Part shown: positions 44,601-58,150 of the stretch, piece after piece
Position numbering within the stretch: the stretch's first letter is position 1
Layout of the letters: the number at the start of each line of letters is the position of its first letter
NCBI GenBank assembly: GCA_030141605.1
Contig: JAQGDQ010000003.1
Span: forward strand, 868,001 to 932,000
DNA: 64,000 nt
Reading direction: 5' to 3'
From: Tubiluchus corallicola
Taxonomy: Eukaryota > Animalia > Priapulida
Notes under the pieces: model-generated
Databases searched by the model: none
What the model was told of the DNA's origin: nothing
Seen by the model: only the letters and a program-made list of their open reading frames with translations
Translations under genes and position numbers: made by a program

Positions 44601-47600
44601 ATGAGGAAATTTCATCATTAAACCACAAAGCAGTAAACCATACCGCCGTAACAACATTTTATGATCTGCCTTGTACTCATTTCCATACATACGATCTATA
44701 TCTCTATAAGATTATCTTATTTGTGTTTTTCAAAACTTAAGTTAAAGATAATTAAACTAACTCCATTTCCAACAGAATTAATTTCCATTAAATCATTGAA
44801 GTCAGCCATTGCTAAATCACCCTGTCCTTGAAGCAGATAGAATGTTGCTCGAAGGAGGAATGCTTCTGGTCGATGTGTAAATTCCCCGCCAGCTAATTCT
44901 TTCGAACACTCGTCAATAACGGTTTCATAATTGTTATTTTTTAACAATGCCCGTGCTTTTGCATAGCCGCTGCAAAGAAACAACAAGTGTAATGTAAAAA
45001 TATGTTAATGTGGAATTTAGCATTTTGCAAATAAATTTTTTCATTAGGCTACAATAAGAAAGAAATTCTCTTTACAAAAAACTTCAACTGTTATATTTAT
45101 AGTCACTATTATAATGCAAAGCTTTAAAGCCGTCTCCTTGTTTGTAACTTCTTGAAAAGAAGCTACACGCATAATAACATAAAGGTAATTAAGAAATGAA
45201 GCATTATACAGATGAAGATTGTTGAACAAAAACAAAGTTTTTCGGATACACTTCGGCAAATGAGATATTTATGGTGAAGTGAGTATTTTGAAATTACAGC
45301 CACTACCTACAAATGTACCTCATTACAAATAGATAAGTTGGCAAAATTAGCGACACTACAGGCCCAATCTATTATATCAGATTTTACTATGCTTATCTAG
45401 TATGCTGAAATCAGACTTAGTGGGCATTTAAGTTTATATATATATATATATTTGAAATATTTGATAACATTTATGAAACAACATATAACTCAAATAAGAC
45501 TAGTGATACACATGATATATAGTATACCTAAATTATAATTAACCATTTCTTTTAATCACTTTTTTCAATTATAACAGGAAAAATCGGAAGTATCAAACTT
45601 ACCTAATATTTTCTATATCACTATTATCTTTTTGCAGTACATCATTTGTAGTACTTATTACTGGATCTTCAGCAAAAGCAGAGAAATAAGATTTGACAAA
45701 TTGTTTGGAAGGCATCACTGACTGGCGGTTCTACAATGATATAAAAAGTTTATATTGCATGCTCTGTTACAAACAGACATAAAACCTATTTATTTGGTAG
45801 TGTCTGGTAATACATTTTTCTCAGTTTGCTGTTTCTAGCAGTTTACCTGATAAGCTTCCTTTGCTCTTTGTTTTCCTAAATCTTTGAGAACTCTGTCCGC
45901 CATAACCAGTGAATTAGCATTTTGAAAATCTTCCAAAATACATACTGCTGTGACATCTGAAACATATCGAAAAACATTTTATTTAGAACCTTCAGCACAA
46001 TAGAGTCTTTTCTACACAGCCTGTATGGTACATCAACACTGCTTTAAAAATATCTGTTTCCCTGGAATAAGATTCTACCTAAAGAAAAAGAGAAAAGACG
46101 AACTCAGACATCCATATTAACAAATAGTTTCCTTGAAGAATAGCTAGCATTTAAATGAATAAAACGTAAACTCTTTACTACAGACTTTAAGGTTTAAAGT
46201 AAGTATAAATAACAAGGTAACCTCAGTGTATGTTCAGCTTAAAGCGGGTTCTCAACCTCCAGTTTATAGGACGGACCCACAGGAGACTCCCTGCGTGAAT
46301 CCCTGGGAATGAGACCAAACGTATGTAGAGGTCAAATTATTATACTTTATAAGTGTAATAATACACTTTGACAATAAAATGTTTATGACAACCACAACAA
46401 ACAGAATTAAGACCGGTGATCCAGTTACTGAGCATTACTTGTCTTAACTATTGTGGTAATACTACCTCTTTTTAAGCAGCCAAAATGAAAATGTGCTTTA
46501 TAATGTCATTAAAAGTAACAATAGGAGATGGCATCAGCATGCCTGGACTCTGGAACCATACTAAACCATTTATTGCACAAACTGCATACTAAATGTACCT
46601 TCAAGACATTGATCCAGTCTATTAAGGTGTTCACAAGCCTTTGCACGCCGGAAGAGAGCCTTTGTGTAGCTATTGTTCATTTCAATGGCTTTATTACAAT
46701 CATCAATAACCTTCTCATAGCTTCTCTGTTAAAACACATAAAAAAGAAATTTATTCATTAAAATAGAATTTTTTTAGACTTCCTCTCTTAAACTGTTGAT
46801 AGACTAAACTGTTTTTTTTGACAACTAGGTTCAAATGAACAGTAATAGTATCACATGATTGTTGACAGCATAAGAACTTTAATAAATCATTTGGTATAGA
46901 ATTATTCTTAAAAACAACAGGAAGCAATGAAGGTAGTCTGAAATGACCGAAACTAACTGTATTACAAAAATGTAACATCAAACCGCATACAAAAATTGTT
47001 TTATTAAATAAATCTACATATTATATACATTATACAAAATTATCTACACGTTACAAAATATTGGCATTTACAAGAAGTGACAAAATAGTCAACGGCCACA
47101 GCGAATAATGAACTATTGTTAGAATTATGCTTTTTGTATTGCATATCAATCAATGTATGTCATATTTATTCTTCCACTTGCAATAAATGCTGACTAAATT
47201 CTTACCAGCTGTTCATGAGCTGCAGCTCGATTTTGATAGTAAGTTGCCAATTCAGCTTTCCGATCAGGTGGGCATAAATCTATTGCTTGGCTATAGCAAT
47301 CAATAGCTTTGTCAAACTTGCCACCTTTAAATAATTTGTTGCCTTTGTCTTTTGCTGCTTGTGCCTTAGCTTCTGGAAGCTGGTAAAAAACTGAAGGTTA
47401 ATTAAGACACAAATACCACAAGATCCACAATAAGTGCATCAAGGCATTTTTGGTTTAAGGAAAAAATAAAAAGTCAGCAGTAGATCATTGGTTACACAAA
47501 TTATTATACGGAAGTTCAAGTTTATTAATTTAATATAAGTAACTTAATGCTGAAAGATTTTAACTGATTTGACATCCATTACTGAAAATATCAATACAGT

Positions 47601-50344
47601 AAAAATCATAAAAGGATTCGAGGATGTTTTTAACGAATTCCAGTTTTATTCTTTTAATGTTTAACAACCATATATATATATACACATAGTCTTCAACATT
47701 AAGGAGAGAAACCACTACTAGCAAGTCTAGCTAGATACTGATAAGAAAGATAGGTGGTTTCAAGCAAACAGAAATAAATTAATCAGCAGAAATACAAATA
47801 AAACTCTTAAGATTTATTTATATGATTTAAGCAGCAATGATTTTTGCCTCTGAAACAATTCTCAAATCCTTTACATTACGTTCTACTAAAGTCTTGGTTA
47901 CGTTTACGTCGCGTTTTGCTGGAACCCATTATTGTTGTTAAAGGGGGAATATCATGAAAATCAAGTTAAACTTATTTTATAGTTGCCTTCCCCAGGAACA
48001 ACTTGGCGAAATTTTTTTAGCAGTATGTTGTCTAATTAATGAGTAATTAACTTTTTTGTATCTCACGGGAAACGCCATGGAGCTGCACTTACGCCTCTCA
48101 CGGTGAAAAAATTGAACTAGCGCAGCTCAGGCTGATGATGTAACAGAGTGTACACGCAGCCTGTTGTGATACTGTTATACACGACTGGGCTAAAAATAAA
48201 GCTGTTATTACTACATTACAGCATTTGACCACGGTTCGAATAGGTAGTCAGTTGATAGAAATGATTGTCGTTGCATTCGTTAACATACTTTCATCAAAAG
48301 CGATATATTTTACTACCGTCGAAAGTTATAGGTCCATTATATTATATTCTAATAGAGGTAAACAATCATTGCGCAAAAGTAGGCCTACAGCATATTGTGA
48401 AAATTCTGGCGGCATTAATTGAAAACATCGGCAGCAATACAAGCTGCAAAAGTGTGGGCCTTGGTAACAAAAGTTCTTTTCTTGTAAAACAAGTCCAATA
48501 TAGTAACTTCATTCTGCTAGAAGAATTAATGAATTTGTGAACACAGAGAAACTCACTGAAGCATAACTATAATGCCAGTGTGACAATTTTTAGTGACAGC
48601 TTCATTTTATCAGCCTTGACAAAAGATATGTGAACCCCATGGACACAGATACTATAACGTATTAGCTGTAATCCTATTGATTAAACATATATGATCATTT
48701 TTAACTTTGTTGTGTTTCAGTTATTTAAATCAGTAAGACTTTTAACACCAACCAGAACTTTAACCGTTGTTCATTAGCTTTTGTTTTTACACGATAACAT
48801 TATGTTGTGTTTATTTTTACACAGCAGTATTATTAAAATATTAGGATTAGATAAAATTCTTGTGGTCAGTTGGATTGAAATAAAAATTAATGATAATAAT
48901 ACATTTATTATTAATATAATTATTATCCACTTTTACAAAATAAAAAAACTAACGATATAATGTGGTTCAATGACAAAATAATTATTTATTGCATTACATA
49001 GTGTAATTGTTTTTTTTCTATTGAAATGGATACAATCTAGAGATGACTAAACTGCATCGATAAATTATGTGCTTGGGCTTGAAATGAAACAAAAAGGACA
49101 CTACAAAACACTGCGCCTGACTGAATCTCTCTGAAAGTGTAAGCACAATATTTTTAACACTAGAGTCTAGAGTTTATCATGTTCAAAATTCACGTTTCAA
49201 AGCAAACAGCGGACAAATTATCACACAGGTTGTAGAATCCAGGTTTTTAGATTGTACTTTCATTGCTTCAATAATTTTCTGTTGCTCATTGGAAACTAAA
49301 AGCTATTATATTTTGGTTTCGTATTTCGATACTTTCTGTCTGACTGCTGCATCCCATCTAATTGCTGAATCCTAGTGTAACACATTTTACGACCGTTTTT
49401 CAATAAGAGCAATCAAGACCGAAACCTAGCAAATCACACATTCAATTCGCAATACGCTAATCTTTACCGTGATACTGTCACAAATCACCAACTAAGTGGA
49501 TTATTCATTATTAGACATAAGACAAAAACATATGATGTTTCAAAGATTTTTTAAAAATATTTATAGATTTGCTGCTTTTTATGTTTGGAGGAATATTGTT
49601 CCATTGTAAGAGGGCTGTGAATTTAAGAAAATGTCTACCAAGATTTGTCTACAATAGGGTAAAAAAATATTCATTAAAACGTGTGCTATATTGTGTTTGG
49701 TTACGTAATACTGGACTAACGAAAGTAGTTGGAAACAAACCGAAATGTGTTTTGCACATATACATAGACAGGTTAAATAAAATCTTCTAAACTTAAAATA
49801 TTATTGTTTCAAAAGCAGCTGTTGTTGTCAGTTATTACGTAAACAAATGACACCATGTTCCATAATACAAAAATCAGGCAAACAGCCTTTGAATGACACA
49901 GTTTCGAAGGAGTGATCGACAAACAGGCTAACAATCTTTCTCCTGCGCAATTGTGGCATTAAAATCTAGGCCTATGGAAAATACACTTTTTAAGCACATA
50001 TTTGGTTTTGAGAAAAACTGGGCCTTATTAAGGTCCGCGCAATTAGAATTTGCACAATAGAGGCAAGCATATACAGTAATGAATGATCAAATTCCCTGGC
50101 AAAATAAAACACAAATTGTTTAATTTACCAGGAGTGTTTGCCCTTGGTCAGCAGCATCAGGCGCAGCTTCACGCACGTGCTCATCGACTGATGAAAGTTC
50201 CGCTCTCTGATGCGACTTCTTCCTTCTTGTAAAGTAGTAAAGGGCACCAGCTCCTACAACAACGGTAGCACCGACAGCAACTGCAATTTGCCATTTTGGC
50301 CAATGTTCATTCGAAATACTACCACTTTCACTGAATGGCGCCAT
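38677..50344 (-). CDS. TOMM70: Mitochondrial import receptor TOM70, 12 coding exons, about 568 aa
   Basis: Exons (minus): 50344-50129, 47379-47206, 46725-46599, 45956-45847, 45730-45603, 44969-44762, 43699-43565, 42505-42362, 41889-41809, 41572-41475, 40737-40615, 38839-38677 (1707 nt, all GT-AG, phases consistent). N-terminal signal anchor KWQIAVAVGATVVVGAGALYYFTRRKK; TPR motifs AAKDKGNKLFKGGKFDKAIDCY, YYQNRAAAHEQL, DVTAVCILEDFQN, MPSKQFVKSYF, DVYHHRGQ, CEFAYETLGTIEVQRG. Confidence 0.96.
39380..40398. mobile_element. hAT-like non-autonomous element hosting a nested MITE, TOM70 last intron
   Basis: Ends CAGGGGTG / AAACCCTG with perfect 8-bp TSD ATTGCTGA (39372-39379, 40399-40406). Confidence 0.8.
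39571..40244 (+). mobile_element. pogo/Tigger-like MITE, 674 bp
   Basis: TIR CAGTAAGTCCTCGCTTAA / TTAAGCGAGGACTTACTG, TA TSD, subterminal CACTTAACG repeats. Confidence 0.92.
47740..47946 (+). mobile_element. Partial third copy of the 39571-40244 MITE family
   Basis: ATAGGTGGTTTCA.GCAAACAG, ATATGATTTAAGCAG, GATTTTTGCCTCTGAAAC, TTTTGCTGGAAC match the right half of the other copies. Confidence 0.75.
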
Positions 50345-51434
50345 ACTTGTCTCCAGTAGTCGTTTCTCCAGGCTTAACTTCTCGAGTTCGCCGGGCACCT
50401 AAACGTAAATTTGATTTAGCTTCGTTTTTTTGAATTCCTTCCCCAGAGCCATCTAGAAGAAACTTGAAATTAATTTTGTTTAATTTTTGTTGATGCCGGA
50501 AACAGGGAAAACAATTAAAGTTACTGATTTTTAAACAATTTTTTCACAAGTTTGAAAGAAAAGATTTCGAAGAAATGTGATATTAAAACACTGACAGCAT
50601 CGAAAAGTGTTTTCACCCTGACTTTCCCTTTGGAAGTCTCGCCCAAGCAGAGACGAGAAAAAAATAATATCTTAACTTTCCATATCTCTGGGCTAAAGCT
50701 ACAAAAAAACGAAAATTTAATGCGAACGTAATTTTTGAAAGTGATCGTAAACTTGTAATTAAGTATGTGAAAGAATTTAAAAGCAAAATTCATTAGGTTA
50801 ATTTGTACAATTAAATGAAATTATGGCAAGTAAACCTAAAAAAGCTAGAAATTACATATGTCAGGCAGCCAGACCTAGAGCATGCCTTTCTCATTCAGGA
50901 ATGAGAAATATCTGAAAAGTTGCCAATCATGCAACAGGTGCAATTGATAAAAGTGATTACAAAGCAGTTATATTACTTATACACTGTACCAAAAAAGTTG
51001 CTATATGTACCAAGTGTAAATATCATAAGCCCTACACTAATTAACCATTAAATTTTAATTAATAAAATTAGAAAATTAATACATCCTATAGTAAGATAAA
51101 TGACTTAACACTACTTTAAACAGCACTAGGCATGCAGACTTATTCCAGTGTTAACTGTAATACAAATTATAATTAATATGGCTTATTAAAGGCTTAATTG
51201 CTGTAAAAAATTTAATAGTTTTGAGATATGGTTCACAATTGTTTACCATCTTGCGATGATCACTGTATTACCCAATTGTTGACATTAAGCCTAAAGTACA
51301 CAGCTCACTGATATAAATTTTTTCTGCCAATTGTCAAACTGAGTTTTTTTGTAATAGTCCTGTAACTTTTGATTTGTACTACATATGTCTTGCTACATTT
51401 TTCTTAATTAATACTGTTTATTAAATGAGTTGAC

Positions 51435-52542
51435 CAAGGCTGGCAAAACGGTGTGGTTTGATACAAAATTATGGTACAGTATGAAAAAACTCTTAAAAGT
51501 ATGGTACAAAATTACGGTAGGGCACGAAATAACGGTATTTTTTTGTACCTTTCTGTACCTCCATCGTAGCTTTCTGTACCATCTTACTCAGCTTCTTGTA
51601 ATGCTTGTGACGGCTTTTTTTGTTTTTTACTAAGTCCTAATTTTCACAGAGCTCACGTAAAAAACGGCTAGACTGGTTCACTTTGGGCGCAAAAGCGGCA
51701 AGTTGTTTAAAAGTGGCAGTTGTCGGTATCATGTAAATTACTTTACATTTATTGTTGTACTTATACAAATTTCATAGGTATATTGCTTACAACCATTGAC
51801 ACTTATTCGTATAATACCACTGCTGTAACTGCTATTTCTGAGATTTGTATAGGAATGTACTGCATGGCAAAAATGGCACACATAAAAATGACACAGTAAA
51901 AACCGACTTTCATCTGTGCCGTTTTTACCTCTTGTTCTTATTTCAAAAAATCTGCACAGTTTGAATGCAACATCTGAGTTAAAGATTTGCTTCACCAACA
52001 AAAGAAATTTGAAACATACTGACCTACTAACACGTTTAATTGTGCAGCCTGCTTGGTATAGTTCTAAATGTTTTACACACGACACTAAATTTGGATCATC
52101 ATTAAAAATTTGTCATTAGTGAACACGTAATTTAAGACAACCATTAAAAACTAGTTAGTGAACATAACTCGTCGTGTCTGCCACAAAATTATGTGAGAAA
52201 AGTAACCCAAAATAATTTTATATCTTGTGTGTAATTTCGTGTAAGTTTTGTAAGCTAAAATACGAGTAAATAGTATGGAAATTCAAACAGCAGTTCTGTT
52301 TTCGTAGTACCCATAATTGCATAACAATAACTGATAAACTTATCGTTTTGATAATTATTAACTTTTATGCCACACTTTATATTTTTATAGTAGATCCTAC
52401 ATGCACTTGGTACGGAATTACGGTACGATATTTTATCGTATTAGATGTTACAATTTTGATTTTGTAGGTACGCCACGGAATTATGGTACATTTTTTAAAG
52501 GTAAGAAGTACGTGTTTTTGCTTGCCGTACCGTACACCACTG
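51435..52542. mobile_element. hAT-like non-autonomous element, about 1.1 kb, with (C)GGTAC subterminal repeats
   Basis: Ends CAAGGCTGG / CACCACTG (degenerate TIR); flanks GAGTTGAC / TAGTTGAC (7/8 TSD); ACGGTA/GTACC repeats clustered at both ends. Confidence 0.65.
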
Positions 52543-52859
52543 TAGTTGACTCGTACATAGATTATTACCCCAATAGTTGACTTTAAGTTTATTTTTTCTA
52601 TCATCGTCACAATGTTGTAAAATTTTTACTACTGTGCTATATGTACAATAAAGTCAGACTCCTGCGAACCAAAATAATAAAATCAAGAACATCCAGTAAT
52701 AATTTATTGTAATAACATTTCAAGATTCGACCTTGCTCTTTCTTTTTAATATGGCCAATTATTGTAATTTAATGTTATGTATTCTGCAATTCTGTTTTAA
52801 CTTGTGTTTTTTTAATAACGAGACTTTTGTTAATTGGCCTGTACCGTCACCCCGAACTC

Positions 52860-52983
52860 GCCAGGAGAATACCTGCGTAATGTGAATAAAAAATTAACAT
52901 GCAATAGCTGCAGAAAAAAATGCCAGCAGAATACCTGCGTAATGTGAATAAAAAATTAACATGCAATAGCTGCAGAAAAAAAT
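52860..52983. repeat. 62-bp tandem duplication, 2 copies, 1 mismatch
   Basis: GCCAG(G/C)AGAATACCTGCGTAATGTGAATAAAAAATTAACATGCAATAGCTGCAGAAAAAAAT at 52860 and 52922. Confidence 0.95.
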
Positions 52984-53326
52984 AACTCATAACGCAGGTC
53001 ACATAAACTGGTACATTGAAAACAATATAAACGATTTTATCTATTTCGCATTCGCTCAACGATTACGCCTTCCAGATGTAGGTAAAAGTACTTTGCCAAT
53101 TTACCAGTGACTCTAGATTTTGCCAATACATTGCATTGAATAGATTTAGATTAAATTGCTGGTGCGTAAAAGTTTAGGAATTTCTAAGTTTGCTTGTCCA
53201 TAAGAAAATGGTAGCGTCGATGAGATTTGTATTAGGAAATTGCAGTTTCTACAGCAATTAGACTGGTAATTAGATGTATAAATTTAGGCTGAGTACTAAA
53301 CGGGCACTAATTTTATTCAATCGATC

Positions 53327-56300
53327 ATGTGGTAAGTAAAAATCGTGTGCGTGGTGTTGTATTATTTAAATAAGCCGCGCACTGTCAATATGCATGTTGT
53401 ACTAGACTTTATAGTATTACTTGGTAATAGTAATACTAATTACTACTATAATTATGTAATTATATACTTAAGCCTAGGACTTAAAAAATCATGTGCAGAG
53501 AAGGTTATTTTTCGTTGTGGCATCACGGACATGATTGCATTATTTTGTCATTTGTAGGCAGAGAATTATTACTGACATTACTACTACTACTACTAGAGTG
53601 TTTGCATCAGTTCTTTTACTTTTAGTACTTTAGTTTTGGCAATGATGTTGCTGATTATAATATTTATATAACTTTTGTAAGTTTAGTTTAACTTACTATA
53701 CTCCATGCCCAAATGATTCCCAAATGCAGTTTACTGGGCAACCTAGTGAGCAAGACATTTACTTTTTTAATTTTACATTTACTTTACTATTAACTATAAA
53801 TAGTGACTCAAGTTAGGGACACCTAACATGATTGAATATATTTGCTCTGTTAAGTGAAATTTAAAGTTATGAATTGATGTTTTCTCGGCCACTTGCTGCA
53901 AAGAGTTTGCTCAGCCCTTCAGGTCTCTCAAATTTGTTCCACATTTTCTAAATTGTCACCATTTATGCGTTTTTGTATCAGAGTAGACATGCCACCTGAA
54001 ACTAAGCATCACTAGGTTTGTGTTTCTTCTGAGACTTCTATTATTATCATAATAAGGTTCTTAACATGTAATGTTCTTTTCCAATTGTTTGCAGTAGCAC
54101 AGCTAGAGCTTGTGGCATCTAGAGACCCCCTGGGTCACTACGCCTATAACAGTTATCGACGCACAATCCAAACAATGGTATTTGCCTACTGCACACACAC
54201 TATGCAAGTTTTTTAACACCTTTCTACTTTTCTGACAGAGTCAACTTTTTCAGGGCATTTGATCAAATTGCTGCTTGGGACAGACTGCCCTCCTAGTTGT
54301 GCCAATGATTGTTGTTTGTCAACATTGTAAAAAGATTCCATATTTGGAAATTTATGTCCATTTATGCAATATATGGATAGAGTTTTAGAGCAGCGTGGGC
54401 AACCTTTTGTTTTTAAATAATATAATCACCAACTTAGTTAAGAGGCTGACATTGGTACTGTGATTAGTTACAATTTAATTAAAAATAGTTTACTTTAAAA
54501 ATACAAATCCAAGATATTAAGTTGTATATTTTTAATTGGTAGGAATGTTGAAGAAAATACCAATACATGCCTGTCCAAGGAGATACAATCTTTACTGATG
54601 CATGCTTGGAGGGAGCATTGGTCTGAAGTACAATGGAGCATTCAGATAAAATCAGTTTTACCTAAAAATGTGAGCGGAGATGCCCACAATCTAGCACAAT
54701 GTATGTTGCAGCAGGGGCTAATTGGTCCCAGTCCTAATAAACTAATTTTTTCATATTTGCAAATAGTACTGAGCTCCAAACTGGTATCTTATGCTGCAGT
54801 ACTACAGGCAATCTCTAAGTTTAGTAGTCTCAATAAAACAAAGTGTGTCCAAGGTTTGCTAGAATTACTCAGTACGTTCATTGGTCGACTCAAATGCAGT
54901 GGTAATGCTGAGGAGTGCATGGCACTGTGCACAGCTTTAACACAAGTGGTAAAATGGACAGTGCAATGTTTGCATCACTCGGTAATACAAATGGCTGATG
55001 CCCAGAATTGTGCAGACTACTTATCCGTCATCACACTGGCTTGTGATTTCTTAACTGGAATCATTGATGATGCTTTCACTAGGTCCTTGTTTTACGTGGG
55101 ACAACTGGAGTGCAAAAACACTTGGACTGACATAGAAAATGTATTGGCTGATATTGCTAAGAGCATTCAGCATCAACTGTCAAGTTCCATAGACAAGGAA
55201 AAAATAAATTCTGTCAGTAGTGGGTTGAAAATTGCTGCCATTGCACCCAAATGGATTGGAAATGTTAATAATGATAGGCAACCGCTGTGCGACATAAGCA
55301 TCGCATTAGTGGTGGAAGCTGTGTTGAATCCAGCCGATGAAGTACAGTCATTTGATAAGCACATGGCTATGCTTGGTATATTAGAAAATTTACCTCGATC
55401 TCAACTATATTGTGAAATGATTAAAGCCAGTATTCAGGGTATTGTAAGTTCAGGCCAAACAAACAATGAGCTCAGGTGGAATGCTTTCACATTTATCAAA
55501 CTTCCTAACGTAATAGCTGAGCTGACAAAGAGTGGTGAATTTAGTGATGTGGTTGATGCATTGAATTCATTATTGAAATTCAGGCCTCTTTTGCATGCAG
55601 CTGAAGCTAAAACCAACTGTGATTGTGTAGAGGTGTTCACTAAAGAATTTGCAAAAGTAGGTATAGTTACTGAACAACATGTGAAAGATATTACTGAGAA
55701 GAGAACTGTTGATGAGCAAAAACCAAAAGCCAAGAAGGAGCAACCTGCCCTGAGTGCTGCTAATTCGAATCCTTCTCTTATTTTACGTGCTGAGTCAACA
55801 ATTACAAACATTCTTAGGACACTAGATGCAGAGTACTCTAAAAACCAAGAAGGTTTATTGGGAGTATTGTGTCAAATGTTATCAGGAAAAAGTTTTGAGT
55901 TGATCCTGGGTACTGCTGCAGCCAGTGGAAAATTGCAAGATTTTGTCGACAAATTAATGAAATTTAACGAAATTAGCAGGCAAGTGCAGGGGGAAAACCC
56001 TAAAGCAGCACAAATCAGAGCATTGCTATTTGACATATCATTCTTGATGTTGTGCCATGTATGTCAGCTGTATGGGACAAAGTTCATGGAACGTAGTGCA
56101 CCGGATAGTTTTTTCAAACTTTGGGCATCAAGATGCTTACCGCTGGAAGGAAAATATAAGTCGACGGATACTTCTCCAACTGCAGACAGCAACAAAGTTG
56201 AACTTCTGGTGCAGCAATTTCAGTCTGGAAGCGAGTTAAAACTGAGTCTTGTCAAGTGGAATGAAATGTGCATAAATGTACCTGCAGCTGTGCAGGAGGT

Positions 56301-57513
56301 ACTGTTTGCCTGGGAAGCTGCTAATGTTTCAGCAGAAAATGTGAAGAAACTGTTGGAGGTGATTCAGGGTCGTATGTGTTGTTTGTCTGTCTGTGTTTGT
56401 GCATGGTTGTGCAATCACGTTTATACTGCAAATCATGATGCTCGTCAGAAGTCAGTTCAGATGATTCAGCAGCTGCTGGTTCCGATGGCTAGTAGTGATC
56501 CGACTAACCAGAACTATAGCGAACGACATTCTTTGATGACAATGATTGTAAGACGTATGTTCCATCATATTCAGCCAACATTTAGTGCAAAAGCAAATTT
56601 CGAAATGCCACCATTATTAGGGAAAACAGCTGCTGCTGATATTTTGGCAGAAATCTTTTCAGGTTCCAGGATTCATGGTTGGATGCCACTAAAATCGGTT
56701 CCAACGTTAATGCGTATTTTAAGCATTGGTGGTTGTAACTGGTATGTTGCAACATTGGTAAGAGAACTTCTAAAGTTGTCACATCCTGACGATTTGTGGT
56801 CTGGTACAAGAGTTATTTTGCCTATGTTTATGGTGGACATGTGTGGATGTACGCTAAGCCTGATTCAACATACGATTCCAGAAATTTTGTTGAGCAAACA
56901 TAAACTAGATGTGGTCATTGATCCTCGTGGTCAAATACTAGCTAAACTACTCTTTTACTGCATCAGCTTTACTCTTGTTACTCAACAAAACAACCTTGGA
57001 CAAGATTTGTCAGAAAAGCAAGGCACTAAAGAGCATGATACTACTGTGATAGATATGGAGATGCCTGCTGATGGTGCCCGTCCTGCAAAGGTACCACGCC
57101 TTCTTGGCAATCATAGTTTGTCAGGTGACACACCTGTTGGGTTGATATGTGACAGCAAGGGACTTGAATCTCCCCCATTTGATATGGAAGATCCTGTGAA
57201 CAGGGCCTTGATCAACATGTTTAAATTGTTTAGAAGTTTGATATCAACTTGTTTAGTTTCACAGCAAACGTGGTTTATTTTTACATTTTTAGAAGAAATT
57301 GCATCATGTCGCTGTGAAACTTCTAATAAACTGTTACAGTTTATGCCAATTAGTCTGGTTTCTCAATTAATAAAGTGCTTTCCAAAAATGTTTGCTCCTG
57401 AGCTCATTGTTTTACTATGTGACAATTCATCTGCTCTTGGTCGTAAAATAACTACCAAAGTGTTATGTGAACATCAAGGCTTATTATGTGGTAGTGCTCA
57501 AAGTACTGTATGA
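53327..57513 (+). CDS. MED24: Mediator of RNA polymerase II transcription subunit 24 (TRAP100)
   Basis: Uninterrupted ORF 54598-57513 with MED24 motifs AWREHWSEVQW, LIGPSPNKLIFSYL, CSGNAEEC, WNAFTFIKLP, LILRAESTITNILRTLDA, LCQMLSGKSFELIL, RALLFDISFLMLCH. The frame is open back to an acceptor (exon starts 54543, phase 2). The best start is ATG TG|GTAAGT at 53327-53331, giving MWNVEEN...; this start exon is inferred. Confidence 0.93.
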
Positions 57514-58071
57514 ATTGTTCAAAAGTTTTAAAATTGATGAGAATGATATTAATTTGTACACAAAGTCTACTACTTGTGTTTCAATTTGTGTCAGTAAACG
57601 TATGTGCAGGGAATTTGACTACAATTACTGTCAGTGCATATCATTACTTGATCAATGATAAAGATGAAAGTGAGATAAAGGTTTGACTGTAATAAAGGTG
57701 AAATTTGGAATAGCTACAGTGATCTTTCATGTTTGGATAATAAAGATACTCAAAAGTATTTTAAATTTGTGGATAAAAAAGATATTTTTAGAGAACTTGA
57801 AATCACCTACATTTCTGTGTAAAGTGCTCCTACTGTTTCTTCTAGATGGCCAAATTATCATTTGCCACCATTAAAATAATATAATTTAAACGATGGTTAT
57901 GTAAATTCTTTTGCTGTTCACGAAGGGAACCACAGAACTGAGACTGATACAATAAATATTGTACATGTATACCATTTTGTTCACATTAAGGCTCAATCTA
58001 CGTGAGCAGACTTTCCTTGTTGGTGAAATAGCAAAGTTAACAAAATTTCCACTTTGTCTGTCTTGTTGAAA

Positions 58072-58150
58072 ACTTACCTGTTTAAATTTGTTCTCGCGAG
58101 ATGGCAGCACGCAGCAATACTATTTGCTGGCAGAACGGAAGTAATCGACG
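58072..58150 (-). promoter_or_regulatory. Housekeeping-type promoter motifs plus perfect minus-strand splice donor
   Basis: TCTCGCGAGA palindrome 58092-58101, overlapping AGATGGC (YY1-like), ETS CGGAAGT 58136-58142, CAG|GTAAGT on the minus strand with exon end at 58078. Confidence 0.55.

Noticed and set aside
51738-52119. ORFs inside the hAT-like element as transposase remnants
   Set aside because: No convincing DDE, BED-finger or hAT dimerisation motif recognisable.
55173-56809. Antisense and alternative-frame ORFs within MED24
   Set aside because: Shadows of the long coding exon; no recognisable motifs.
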